30,912 nucleotides of DNA from a virus (IMGVR_UViG_3300022178_000673:1-30912), one strand, 5' to 3'. Shown: positions 6,804 to 15,524, numbered from the stretch's first letter. The notes: generated by a model not told the origin, from the letters alone. Numbers and translations: made by a program.

Positions 6804-7299
6804 GCAAGAGATTAAAGATAAGATCGAAGACGCACACGCTACTGCTGATAGACTATTGACGCAGGAAGAGCTTAGAACTAAATGGAATAAGGTGCATGGA
6901 TATATGAACGTAGACTGCGCCGTTATGACGCGTTGGCATATGTTGGGATTCTGTAGCTTACTGACCCTAGCTGTGTGGTCACCCTTCTCTGATGCGGCAT
7001 GTAGCATGAAGACGGACAGTTGGGGCAACAGCAAGTACACATGCCACGATGGTAACTCTGGTACGTTGACTACTGACTCATGGGGTACTACACGTGACAG
7101 CCGTACGGGTACTTCGTACCAGACTGACGCTTGGGGAACTACTCGTGGCTCTGATGGTACTAGCTTTAAGACTGACGCATGGGGCACAACTCGCTACGAC
7201 GATGGCACTACGTCACAGAAAGATGCTTGGGGTACTACACGTTTCAGTGATGGTACAAGCTGCCAGACAGATAACTGGGGCACAACGAGGTGTAACTAA
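6796..7299 (+). CDS. Membrane-anchored/exported protein with six (T/K)DxWG(T/N)(T/S)(R/K) repeats
   Basis: Hydrophobic segment MLGFCSLLTLAVW followed by ~16-aa repeats; Cys pairs bracket the first and last repeats. Confidence 0.85.
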   Translation: MNKQEIKDKIEDAHATADRLLTQEELRTKWNKVHGYMNVDCAVMTRWHMLGFCSLLTLAVWSPFSDAACSMKTDSWGNSKYTCHDGNSGTLTTDSWGTTRDSRTGTSYQTDAWGTTRGSDGTSFKTDAWGTTRYDDGTTSQKDAWGTTRFSDGTSCQTDNWGTTRCN

Positions 7300-7490
7300 T
7301 GAAGTGGGGACAGACGCACGGTGGGAAGGGGGATGTTCCTCGACCCACCAACAAAAAGAAGTTCGACGATAACTTTGACCGGATCTTTGGTAGTAAACAA
7401 GGCACTGGTATCTTAGAGGATGACAAGCATGGCGATGACACCGGAAGCAAAAGTAAAAAAGAAAGTGGTGGAACAGTTAAAAGCACTTAG
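7299..7490 (+). CDS. Small phage hypothetical protein (GGKGD.PRP...KFDDNFDRIF)
   Basis: TAATG coupling with GAGG RBS. The N-terminal motif is a recurrent small-protein signature in environmental phages. The 3' part overlaps the next gene. Confidence 0.65.
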   Translation: MKWGQTHGGKGDVPRPTNKKKFDDNFDRIFGSKQGTGILEDDKHGDDTGSKSKKESGGTVKST

Positions 7491-7716
7491 AGCTTACTAC
7501 TTTTTCCCCGCCACTGGCGGTTATGGTAAGTCGGGAGTGCCCGACATAGTAGGTTGTCACAAAGGGAAGTTCTTTGGTATTGAGTGTAAGGCGGGGAAAA
7601 ACACTACGACCCCCCTACAGGACAGGAACCTAGAACAGATAAGTGATTCGGGCGGCCTAGCCGTTGTAGTCAACGAAGAAAACATGCACGATCTAACACT
7701 GCTACTAACCTATTAG
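7429..7716 (+). CDS. VRR-NUC domain nuclease / Holliday-junction-resolvase-like
   Basis: TPEAKVK, GVPDIV, FFGIECKAG, T.LQ: PD-(D/E)xK motif. GAGGA RBS favours ATG 7429. Confidence 0.88.
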   Translation: MAMTPEAKVKKKVVEQLKALRAYYFFPATGGYGKSGVPDIVGCHKGKFFGIECKAGKNTTTPLQDRNLEQISDSGGLAVVVNEENMHDLTLLLTY

Positions 7717-7726
7717 AGGAATAGAC

Positions 7727-8155
7727 ATGTCACTAAATGAAGCAACACCCGCACAGTGGGACGCATTACGGAAGAAGCACCCTTCAATTGTAGAGGCGTA
7801 CGAACACTACTTTGATAAAGGTATAGAAGAAGAGATGCCTCAGTACGAGCAGTTGGAACTGGAACTGGAACTGGAAATACATAACGACGGGTGGGATCCG
7901 GTGGAGAAAGATTATTTAGAATATCCCTCGGTAGATGAGGAAGATATGGTCAACAACCCCAACCACTATAACAACGGCGCTATCGAGTGCATCGACGCTA
8001 TTGAACAGTCCATGACGTTAGAGGGCTTCCGGGGGTACCTAAAGGGTAACGTACAGAAATACGTTTGGAGGTACGAATCCAAGGGGGGGCTACAAGACCT
8101 GATGAAGGCGCATTGGTATCTAAACAAGCTAATATCTGTGACGGAGGAAGACTGA
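7727..8155 (+). CDS. DUF3310-domain protein (T7 gp1.7 nucleotide-kinase-like)
   Basis: DMVNNPNHYN..IECIDAI...GYLKGNVQKYVWRY..KGG.QDL.KA.WYL. Confidence 0.9.
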   Translation: MSLNEATPAQWDALRKKHPSIVEAYEHYFDKGIEEEMPQYEQLELELELEIHNDGWDPVEKDYLEYPSVDEEDMVNNPNHYNNGAIECIDAIEQSMTLEGFRGYLKGNVQKYVWRYESKGGLQDLMKAHWYLNKLISVTEED

Positions 8156-8442
8156 TGGATCTAGAAGAGAAGATTATTCAGTGGCACAAGGATCGCAACC
8201 TGATCGACGGTTCAACAGATGCGCAGCAGTTCACCAAGCTGCTAGAAGAAGTGGATGAGCTGGGTGTAAACATTGTAATGAGCAAGCCAATAGTGGATGA
8301 CATCGGGGACATCATGGTAGTGCTGATAAACATAGCGTACCGTAACAACCTGTCTATATGGGAGTGCATGTACCACGCATACAACGACATCAAATACCGC
8401 AAGGGTAAGATGGTAGATGGAATATTTGTTAAGGAGGAGTGA
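8155..8442 (+). CDS. MazG-like NTP pyrophosphohydrolase
   Basis: QW..DRNLI, KLLEEVDEL, DDIGDIMVVL, AYNDIK.RKG.MVDG.FVKE. Start re-assigned to ATG 8155 (TGATG coupling, GGAGG RBS). Confidence 0.88.
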   Translation: MDLEEKIIQWHKDRNLIDGSTDAQQFTKLLEEVDELGVNIVMSKPIVDDIGDIMVVLINIAYRNNLSIWECMYHAYNDIKYRKGKMVDGIFVKEE

Positions 8443-10274
8443 TGGATCTTATTACGCTAGACTTTGAAACGTATTATGACAAAGACTTTTCACTGCGTAA
8501 GATCACCCTAGAGAACTACATCCGCGACCCTCGTTTTGAGATCGTGGGTGTAGGTATCAAAGTAAACAATGGGGATACGGAGTGGGCGTCAGGCACGCAC
8601 GAGGAATTACATGACTACTTACATACTTTCGATTGGAAGAACAGCATGGTACTGGCTCACAATACTATGTTTGACGGTGCTATACTCAGTTGGCTTTTCA
8701 ATATCCGTCCTCGTATCTGGGCTGATAGTCTGTGCATCGCTCGTGCTTTACACGGTGTTGAAGTGGGTGGCAGTCTTGCGGTGTTGGCTGAACGATACGG
8801 TATCGGCAAGAAAGGAACCGAAGTGCTCGACGCAGTGGGACTTAGAAGACTAGACTTCTCTGACGAACAGCTCGACAGTTACGGCGACTACTGCATCAAC
8901 GATGTGGAACTAACATATAAGTTATTTACCATCATGGGTAAAAACTTCCCGAAGAAAGAGATGCGCATCATAGACATGACCTTACGTATGTTTATTGAGC
9001 CAGTGTTGGAGTTAAACCTACCACTACTGGAGACACATCTAGAGAACACTAAGAAGGCCAAGGAAGCGTTAGTTGAATCTTCTGGGGTTACCAAGACAGA
9101 CTTAATGAGTAACCCAAAGTTCGCTAAGTTACTAGAAGGGCATGGGGTGCACCCCCCGATGAAGATAAGCCTGACCACAGGCAAGCAGACATACGCGTTT
9201 GCTAAGAACGATGAAGGGTTCAAGGCACTACTAGACCACGAAACCCCTGAGGTAGTTGCACTGGTAGAGTCACGACTAGGGGTTAAAAGTTCTCTCGAAG
9301 AATCACGTACAGAGAGGTTTATAGGTATTGCACAACGTGGGCTTCTCCCGGTACCTGTGAGGTATTACGCTGCGCACACTGGCAGATGGGGTGGGGATGA
9401 CAAGATTAACATCCAAAACCTACCGAGCCGTGGTGTGAATGGTAAGGTACTGAAGACGAGTATCGTAGCCCCTGAGGGACACGTATTGATTGACTGTGAC
9501 TCCTCGCAGATTGAAGCTCGCGTACTAGCGTGGTTGGCGGGGCAGGATGATTTGGTACAAGCGTTCGCCGACAAGGAAGATGTGTATATAAAGATGGCGG
9601 CACGTATCTATGACATACCCGAGGGAGAAGTTACAGGGGAGCAACGGTTTGTAGGTAAGACTACTATCCTCGGCGCAGGGTATGGCATGGGGTCGGTACG
9701 GTTTGCGGAACAGTTGAAGTCCTTCGGTACTACTATGGCGCCCGCCGAAGCACAGCGGGTAGTACAAATATACCGCGACGCTAACTGGAAGATCGCACAG
9801 CTATGGCGTTCGTCACAACACATGTTGGTAGCTATGTCACGGGGAGACGACTTTACATACGGAGTCAACGATATAGTCCGGTGTGTAACGCGTAATGGTA
9901 CGGCGGGTATCAAGTTGCCGTCAGGGTTGTGGATGAAGTACACCGACCTACAGTTTGAACAAGGGGCGCGGGGGCCAGAGTTTAGCTATCGAACACGCCG
10001 TGGTCGGACACGTATATACGGTGGTAAGGTAGTAGAGAACGTATGCCAAGCTATTGCTAGGTGTATCATGGGAGAGCAGATGCTAGATATTGCGCGCAGG
10101 TATAAGATTGCGCTTACAGTACATGACTCCGTGGTATGCTGCGTTAAGGAAAGTGAAGTAGATGAAGCACGTGAGTACATCGAGTCGTGCATGAATAAGA
10201 CACCGGCATGGGCAGACGGGTTACCTATTGCGTGCGAGTCTGGTACTGGTAAATCATACGGAGAAGCAGGATGA
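8442..10274 (+). CDS. polA: Family A DNA polymerase with 3'-5' exonuclease (Leu762 type)
   Basis: ExoI LDFET, ExoII AHNTMFD, ExoIII YCIND; TGRW, NIQNLP; motif A DSSQIEAR; motif B RFVGKTTILGAGYG; motif C VHDS. Confidence 0.96.
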   Translation: MDLITLDFETYYDKDFSLRKITLENYIRDPRFEIVGVGIKVNNGDTEWASGTHEELHDYLHTFDWKNSMVLAHNTMFDGAILSWLFNIRPRIWADSLCIARALHGVEVGGSLAVLAERYGIGKKGTEVLDAVGLRRLDFSDEQLDSYGDYCINDVELTYKLFTIMGKNFPKKEMRIIDMTLRMFIEPVLELNLPLLETHLENTKKAKEALVESSGVTKTDLMSNPKFAKLLEGHGVHPPMKISLTTGKQTYAFAKNDEGFKALLDHETPEVVALVESRLGVKSSLEESRTERFIGIAQRGLLPVPVRYYAAHTGRWGGDDKINIQNLPSRGVNGKVLKTSIVAPEGHVLIDCDSSQIEARVLAWLAGQDDLVQAFADKEDVYIKMAARIYDIPEGEVTGEQRFVGKTTILGAGYGMGSVRFAEQLKSFGTTMAPAEAQRVVQIYRDANWKIAQLWRSSQHMLVAMSRGDDFTYGVNDIVRCVTRNGTAGIKLPSGLWMKYTDLQFEQGARGPEFSYRTRRGRTRIYGGKVVENVCQAIARCIMGEQMLDIARRYKIALTVHDSVVCCVKESEVDEAREYIESCMNKTPAWADGLPIACESGTGKSYGEAG

Positions 10275-10558
10275 GCGACGATAAAGTTATATCAATGAAA
10301 GACTTCAAGAAGACTGAGATGGAGTTGAATGGTACACGACCTTCTGAGGAAAATTACGTTGGGTACACCAAGGTGATGATAGTGAAGGATGACGAACATA
10401 TACTCGCCATAGTTGAACAGGGTGTAGAGGATGATGATGGTAACGATGTAGGCGTATCCGGCATAACTTTGGATTACAACGAGCTACTGGTAGTGATGGG
10501 CCAACTAGAGGAATGTAAAAATAAGATGGCGGACATCCTGCGAGAGGGAGAAGACTAG
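10271..10558 (+). CDS. Acidic hypothetical protein
   Basis: ATGA coupling to polA; GGAG RBS. Confidence 0.8.
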   Translation: MSDDKVISMKDFKKTEMELNGTRPSEENYVGYTKVMIVKDDEHILAIVEQGVEDDDGNDVGVSGITLDYNELLVVMGQLEECKNKMADILREGED

Positions 10559-10644
10559 TGAAAAGATTACTCGTTTTGGCGGCCTACTTCGGTGGGGGCT
10601 TTATAGTCGGTAGCGTGTTAGTCGCGTTATGGAGAATGTTATGA
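10558..10644 (+). CDS. 28-aa single-TM microprotein (MKRLLVLAAYFGGGFIVGSVLVALWRML)
   Basis: Not in the track. TAGTG coupling upstream, ATGA coupling downstream, GGGAG RBS; exactly fills the gap. Confidence 0.7.
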   Translation: MKRLLVLAAYFGGGFIVGSVLVALWRML

Positions 10645-11324
10645 GTCTAATAGATAAAGTAAAGCCGTGGTCGTTCTCAAGGATTAAATCTTTTGAACAG
10701 TGTCCCAAGAAGTTCTACCACCTGAAGATCTCAAAGGATTATAGGGAGCCTGAGACTGACGCTATGTTGTACGGTACTGCCGTACACTTGGCCGCTGAGG
10801 AATACATACGTGATGGCACACCTGTACCTGAGAAGTATGCGTACGTTAAGCCTGTGCTAGATAGCCTAATGCGTTTTGAGGGAGAGTTCCTATGTGAGTA
10901 CGAGATGGGACTGACTGAAGACCTAGAGGCGTGCGGGTTCAAGGCCGATGACGTGTGGTATAGAGGCATCGCTGACTTGGTTATCCTGAATAGGGAAGAG
11001 AAGACCGCATATGTTATTGACTACAAGACAAGTAAAAACACTCGCTATGCAGACAAAGGTCAGCTAGAATTGATGGCATTAGCTACCTTTAAACACTTCC
11101 CTGAAGTAGAGACAGTCAAAGGTGGCCTCTTGTTTGTAGTATGTGAAGAGCTAATCAAAGACGAGTATAAGAAAGAAGATGCTCCGAAGCTATGGGCTAA
11201 GTGGTTAGGTGACTACAAGCGTATGGAGAAAGCCTTTGAAGCAGATGTCTGGAACGCACACCAAAGTGGCTTGTGCCGTAGGCATTGCATCGTAACTGAA
11301 TGTGTACACAACGGTAGAAACTAA
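10641..11324 (+). CDS. Cas4/RecB-like PD-(D/E)xK exonuclease
   Basis: WSFS....FEQCP, GTAVH, RGIADL, IDYKT, QL, and C-terminal C...C....C completing a four-Cys (Fe-S-type) set. Confidence 0.9.
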   Translation: MSLIDKVKPWSFSRIKSFEQCPKKFYHLKISKDYREPETDAMLYGTAVHLAAEEYIRDGTPVPEKYAYVKPVLDSLMRFEGEFLCEYEMGLTEDLEACGFKADDVWYRGIADLVILNREEKTAYVIDYKTSKNTRYADKGQLELMALATFKHFPEVETVKGGLLFVVCEELIKDEYKKEDAPKLWAKWLGDYKRMEKAFEADVWNAHQSGLCRRHCIVTECVHNGRN

Positions 11325-11572
11325 TGCCCTACAAGAACAAAGCTGATCGTAAGAAACAAACTAACGCACCCGTAGGTAGCCCTGCACATGAAGCACGTAT
11401 GGAAAGACAACGTGCTAGACGTAAGTTTGATAAGAATAACGGTTATGAGAAGCGTAAGGGCAAAGACTTGAGCCACCGTAAGGCGTTGGCAAAAGGTGGT
11501 AGTAATAAGGATGGAGTGTACGTGGAGTGTTCAAGTAAGAACCGCGCCCGTAATGGGCACTCAAAGAAATAA
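11324..11572 (+). CDS. HNH-endonuclease-like small protein
   Basis: GKDLSH.KAL.KGGSN...S.KNRARN motif with a basic N-terminus. Confidence 0.75.
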   Translation: MPYKNKADRKKQTNAPVGSPAHEARMERQRARRKFDKNNGYEKRKGKDLSHRKALAKGGSNKDGVYVECSSKNRARNGHSKK

Positions 11573-11582
11573 GTGTGTGTAG

Positions 11583-11799
11583 GTTGAGACGCTTACTATG
11601 ATGCGTCTATAAACAACGTGGTATGTAGCTCAGTATCCTCTGGCTACGATGTGCTCATTCAGGCACTATCAACCGCAAAAATCGTAGCAGCTCAGTGGGG
11701 GGTTGTAAATCATGGCCCTCCATGATAAGCGGGACTAGCCCCACCGGAGCGGACGGGGCCACTAAATTCAAAGCGCGTTGTGGACACCCACTTCGTGCT
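11583..11799 (+). ncRNA. Candidate structured RNA / leader upstream of the SNF2 helicase
   Basis: 248-bp gap with many stems: AGACGC/GCGTCT, GCTACGAT/ATCGTAGC, ATCATGG/CCATGAT, GCCCC/GGGGC, AGCGCG/CGTGCT. Confidence 0.45.
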
Positions 11800-11820
11800 A
11801 TTTCTCATCGGAGTTAATAA

Positions 11821-13356
11821 ATGGAAATCATTGATAACAAGGCGTTGCTGCTTAGACTACGCAACCCTAAACACGTGACAACAGTTATACCTAAGAGCAA
11901 AGAGTTGTCTGACAATCGAGTACTTGTGAGTTGGGGTATGGAAGAAGCGCGAGTACTTAGGAACTTAAACATTAAAGCCCCATCCCCAATACTACGAGAG
12001 TATGAGTGGACAGGTAAGTACGATCCCTTCGACCACCAGAAAGACACGGCAGGGTTCTTTACTATGAACCAAAAGTCATTCTGTTTTAACGAGCAGGGTA
12101 CAGGTAAGACAGCCAGTGCTATATGGGCGGCTGACTACTTACTAAACAAAGGCATCATCAATAGAGTGTTGGTTATATGCCCACTGTCTATTATGGATTC
12201 CGCATGGCGCAACGACCTGTTTACCTTTGCCATGCACCGATCAGTTGACGTGGCCTACGGAGCTAAAGATAAGAGGCGTAAGATAATCGAGGGGGACGCT
12301 CAGTTCGTCATCATCAACTACGATGGTGTAGAGATAGTACAAGACGCTGTAGCGGATGGGGGGTTTGACTTAATAATTATTGATGAAGCTACCCACTACA
12401 AGAACCCGCAGACTAAACGATGGAAGGTGCTCAACAAGTTAGTCAAGCCAGAGACATGGCTATGGATGATGACAGGTACACCCGCTGCACAAAGTCCCGT
12501 GGACGCATATGGATTAGCCAAGTTGGTAAACCCTAATAAGGTACCGAGGTTCTTAGGTTCGTTCCGTGATCAGGTTATGCAGAAGGTCACTAACTTTAAG
12601 TGGGTGCCTAAAGAGACGGCGACGGATACAGTCCACAGAGTACTACAACCTGCAATACGTTTCACTAAAGATGAGTGTCTAGACCTACCGCCCATGGTAT
12701 ACGTTAAGCGTGAGGTAGAACTAACTCGACAGCAGAAGAAGTACTACAAAGAACTGAAGAGTAAGATGGTCATGCAAGCGGCGGGGGAACAGATCACAGC
12801 GGCTAACGCGGCGGTTAATATGAATAAGCTACTACAAATATCTGCGGGCGCAGTGTATACCGACGATGGAGATTCTGTAGAGTTTGACATCAAGCACCGA
12901 TACAAAGTGCTACAAGAGGTGATTGCCGAATCTAGTAAGAAGGTACTCGTGTTCGTACCGTTCAGGCATACCATTGATATGCTAGTAGAGAAGTTACACA
13001 AAGACAAGGTAACCACTGAGGTAATACGGGGGGATGTACCTGCGGGCAAGCGAACTGAGATATTTAAGAAGTTCCAAACAAGCGATGACCCACAAGTGTT
13101 AGTTATTCAGCCACAGTCAGCCGCGCATGGTGTAACCCTAACTGCGGCGAATACGGTTGTATGGTGGGGGCCGACAAGTTCGCTGGAAACCTACGCGCAA
13201 GCTAACGCACGTGTACACAGGTCTGGACAAGATCAGAAGTGTACCATCGTCCAGCTAGTTGGTAGTCACGCAGAGAAACGCGTATATGCGTTACTTGACA
13301 ATAGAATTGACGTACATACAAAGATGATCGACCTTTATAAAGAAATACTTGACTAG
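11821..13356 (+). CDS. SNF2-family (SF2) helicase
   Basis: NEQGTGKT (I), VICPLS (Ia), IIIDEAT (II), MTGTP (III), HGVTLTAA (V), QANARVHRSGQ (VI). Confidence 0.94.
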   Translation: MEIIDNKALLLRLRNPKHVTTVIPKSKELSDNRVLVSWGMEEARVLRNLNIKAPSPILREYEWTGKYDPFDHQKDTAGFFTMNQKSFCFNEQGTGKTASAIWAADYLLNKGIINRVLVICPLSIMDSAWRNDLFTFAMHRSVDVAYGAKDKRRKIIEGDAQFVIINYDGVEIVQDAVADGGFDLIIIDEATHYKNPQTKRWKVLNKLVKPETWLWMMTGTPAAQSPVDAYGLAKLVNPNKVPRFLGSFRDQVMQKVTNFKWVPKETATDTVHRVLQPAIRFTKDECLDLPPMVYVKREVELTRQQKKYYKELKSKMVMQAAGEQITAANAAVNMNKLLQISAGAVYTDDGDSVEFDIKHRYKVLQEVIAESSKKVLVFVPFRHTIDMLVEKLHKDKVTTEVIRGDVPAGKRTEIFKKFQTSDDPQVLVIQPQSAAHGVTLTAANTVVWWGPTSSLETYAQANARVHRSGQDQKCTIVQLVGSHAEKRVYALLDNRIDVHTKMIDLYKEILD

Positions 13357-13377
13357 GGGGTTATATGGGAATAGAGT
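13349..13377 (+). promoter_or_regulatory. Putative sigma70-type promoter
   Basis: TTGACT (13349-13354), 17 bp spacer, TAGAGT (13372-13377), just upstream of the GAGG RBS and ATG 13408. Confidence 0.5.
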
Positions 13378-13407
13378 GTACTTCCTGTCACCAAGTAGAG
13401 GTTAATT

Positions 13408-13803
13408 ATGAGCGATGTAGTTAATGCGGAGAAGCTGACGGAGACCTATCTAAAGATAAGAGATAAACGGTCTAAGATGTCCGCAGAGTTTAAGGAAAAG
13501 GACAAGGCACTTACTGCCCAAATGGATAAAGTAAAACGCGCACTACTAGATTACTGTGCTGAGCATGGACTAGATAGCGTTAAAACTCCTGCGGGACTGT
13601 TTTACAGGTCAGTTAAGACTAGATACTGGACGAGCGATTGGGAATCTATGTATAAGTTTGTTCTAGAGAACGAGATACCTGAGTTCTTCGACAAGCGTCT
13701 TAACCAAGCCAGTGTGAAGCAGTACTTGGAGGAAAACCCCGACCTCGTACCTAAAGGTCTTAATGTAGATTCAGAATACGCAATAGCGGTGAGGAAGAAA
13801 TAA
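13408..13803 (+). CDS. Conserved phage replication-module protein (coiled-coil N-terminus)
   Basis: YLKIRD, SVKT..G, DWESMYKFV, KRL.Q, P.GL pattern; GAGG RBS. Confidence 0.85.
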   Translation: MSDVVNAEKLTETYLKIRDKRSKMSAEFKEKDKALTAQMDKVKRALLDYCAEHGLDSVKTPAGLFYRSVKTRYWTSDWESMYKFVLENEIPEFFDKRLNQASVKQYLEENPDLVPKGLNVDSEYAIAVRKK

Positions 13804-14048
13804 TGGAACAATTTGTAACTACTGAGGACGTGGCAAAACATTTTCAAGTGTCGATTGCTACTGTCCGTGCATGGGTTCGTAAGGGTGACATACCTGAAGA
13901 CACCTACGCGCACTTCGGTAACACGTACCGGTTTAAGTTAAGCTCTGTAGTTGAGTCTCTGTTAAAGAATAAGTCTGATGCAGATGATGCGCAAGAAGTG
14001 GACTCTCTGGTCGAAGACCTGTCGTGGGATGCAGGAGAGGATGTATAG
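13803..14048 (+). CDS. Excisionase/MerR-like helix-turn-helix DNA-binding protein
   Basis: VTTEDVAKHFQVSIATVRAWVRKG.IP....GNTYRF winged-HTH pattern with an acidic tail. Confidence 0.88.
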   Translation: MEQFVTTEDVAKHFQVSIATVRAWVRKGDIPEDTYAHFGNTYRFKLSSVVESLLKNKSDADDAQEVDSLVEDLSWDAGEDV

Positions 14049-14710
14049 TGAGTCGCCGAATCAGTATCCGTGGTGGAGAGATTAGAACCATAGATGGTGC
14101 CGTAGCTTCACAGGCTAAAGACTCAATAGACATTGTTATTGTAAACGCCGCCCCTATATCACGTTCGTACTACGACAACACGTATGACCCGAACGTAGTA
14201 AAGGCTCCGGTATGTTGGTCACCTGATACGCAAGTACCCGCATCGGATGTACCAGAAGGACAGATACAATCTAGTAGGTGTATGGATTGCACCCAGAACG
14301 TAAGAGGTTCAGGACAGAACGGTGGTAGAGCGTGTAGGTTTGCCCAACGCCTTGCCATTGCATTGCCCAACGACCTAGGTGTAGTTTACAGACTACAGTT
14401 ACCCGCTACTTCTATATACGGTAGAGGGAGTAATGGCGACATGCCCTTACAGGAATACGTGAAGTTTTTATCCGCACGTGATTCTGTAGCTACTGGGGTT
14501 GTTACCAAGATGTATGTTGATAAAGAAAGTGTAGTACCTAAACTCTATTTTAAAGCTGTACGACCACTAACCGAAGATGAGTTGGATGTAGTAGATGTGG
14601 TGATCTCTGGGGATGACTCGCTAGAAGCGATACGCCAAGACGCATACAAACCACCTGAATCCTCGAATCCTTTTGGTGTGGTAGATGGCTTTGACATAGA
14701 CGCAAATTAA
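14048..14710 (+). CDS. Conserved Cys-containing phage protein (possible ssDNA-binding/recombination function)
   Basis: GTG start coupled to the upstream TAG, AGGAGAGG RBS; RISIRGG, CWS.D, C..C.QN..GSG..RAC; ends in PFGVVDGFDID. Confidence 0.8.
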   Translation: MSRRISIRGGEIRTIDGAVASQAKDSIDIVIVNAAPISRSYYDNTYDPNVVKAPVCWSPDTQVPASDVPEGQIQSSRCMDCTQNVRGSGQNGGRACRFAQRLAIALPNDLGVVYRLQLPATSIYGRGSNGDMPLQEYVKFLSARDSVATGVVTKMYVDKESVVPKLYFKAVRPLTEDELDVVDVVISGDDSLEAIRQDAYKPPESSNPFGVVDGFDIDAN

Positions 14711-14728
14711 ATTATAGGAAAAATTGAT

Positions 14729-15430
14729 ATGACACATTTAGTAAGTAACGTAGAAATCCTTTACCCACGCATTAACCAGTGCTACCGTTTTTGTAACACC
14801 GAAAACAAAAGCATCCCATGCGACCCGTTTGAAGATGGCGCTAGGTACGAGACTAAGTTCCGTATGGATAAAGATCAAGCCAAGGCACTGTACAAAGCTA
14901 TGGCTACTGCGTACGCAGAACGTAAAGAGAAGTCTTGGCCGGAGAAGTTAGCTATGCCATTCGAGCAGGACGACGACGATATGTTCGTAGGTAAAGCTGT
15001 ACTCAAGGCCGCATATGGTAAAGACGCTACCGCCAAGCCTAAGCAGTTCGACGCTAAGAGTAAGGAACTACCTGAAGACTTCCGTCTCACTACTGGCAGT
15101 ACTGTCAACGTGGCCGTGGTGTTCGTACCCTACAACATGCGTGACAATGGCGTATCACTACGCTTAAAAGCTGTACAGGTTATCAAGTATCAAGAGCCAC
15201 AGTCAGCCGGTTCTCCGTTTGGTGTTGTAGATGGATTTGAATTAGAGGTTGACGATAATCCATTTGCAGTGCAAGATGCTCCTAAGGCTGCCGTAGAAGC
15301 AGTCAGTGATGAGATCTTTGAGGACGAACCAAAGAAAGTCTCCGAGCCTAAGAAGGTAGTAAAGAAAGCGGCTCCCGCACCAAAAGATGATGCTGATCTT
15401 GCATCAATCGTTGACGAATGGGATGACTAG
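14729..15430 (+). CDS. Single-stranded DNA-binding protein (T7 gp2.5/DUF2815-like)
   Basis: LYP, KPKQFDA, GSTVNVAV..PY, GVSLRLKAVQVI; acidic tail ending IVDEWDD. Confidence 0.82.
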   Translation: MTHLVSNVEILYPRINQCYRFCNTENKSIPCDPFEDGARYETKFRMDKDQAKALYKAMATAYAERKEKSWPEKLAMPFEQDDDDMFVGKAVLKAAYGKDATAKPKQFDAKSKELPEDFRLTTGSTVNVAVVFVPYNMRDNGVSLRLKAVQVIKYQEPQSAGSPFGVVDGFELEVDDNPFAVQDAPKAAVEAVSDEIFEDEPKKVSEPKKVVKKAAPAPKDDADLASIVDEWDD

Positions 15431-15450
15431 TAACTAGTCCCAATTAAGAA

Positions 15451-15524
15451 CTAATCCCACAGCTAGGGCTGATTACCTGAAAAGGGCACTTCGGTGCCCC
15501 TGCTGTGGTGACTCTCGGAATTAG
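15451..15524 (+). ncRNA. Candidate three-way-junction cis-regulatory RNA upstream of the primase
   Basis: P1 CCACAGC (15457-63)/GCTGTGG (15502-08); P2 AGG/CCT; GAAAA linker; P3 GGGCAC-TTCG-GTGCCC; outer CTAAT/ATTAG reaching the RBS. No U-tract, so not a terminator. Confidence 0.6.

Noticed and set aside
7854-7876. TGGAAC hexamer repeat (ELELELE) in the DUF3310 gene
   Set aside because: Short in-frame slippage in an acidic linker, with no sign of function.
11620-11700. tRNA (GGTATGTAGCTCAGT resembles a tRNA 5' end and D-arm)
   Set aside because: No GTTCRA T-loop, anticodon arm or matching acceptor stem at the right spacing.
13803-14048. Excisionase as proof of a prophage integration module
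   Set aside because: No integrase or att site seen; such HTH genes are common in phage replication operons.
15469-15501. Hammerhead ribozyme (CTGATTA...GAAA)
   Set aside because: Core deviates from CUGANGA, there is no stem II between the two elements, and the cleavage-site geometry does not fit.
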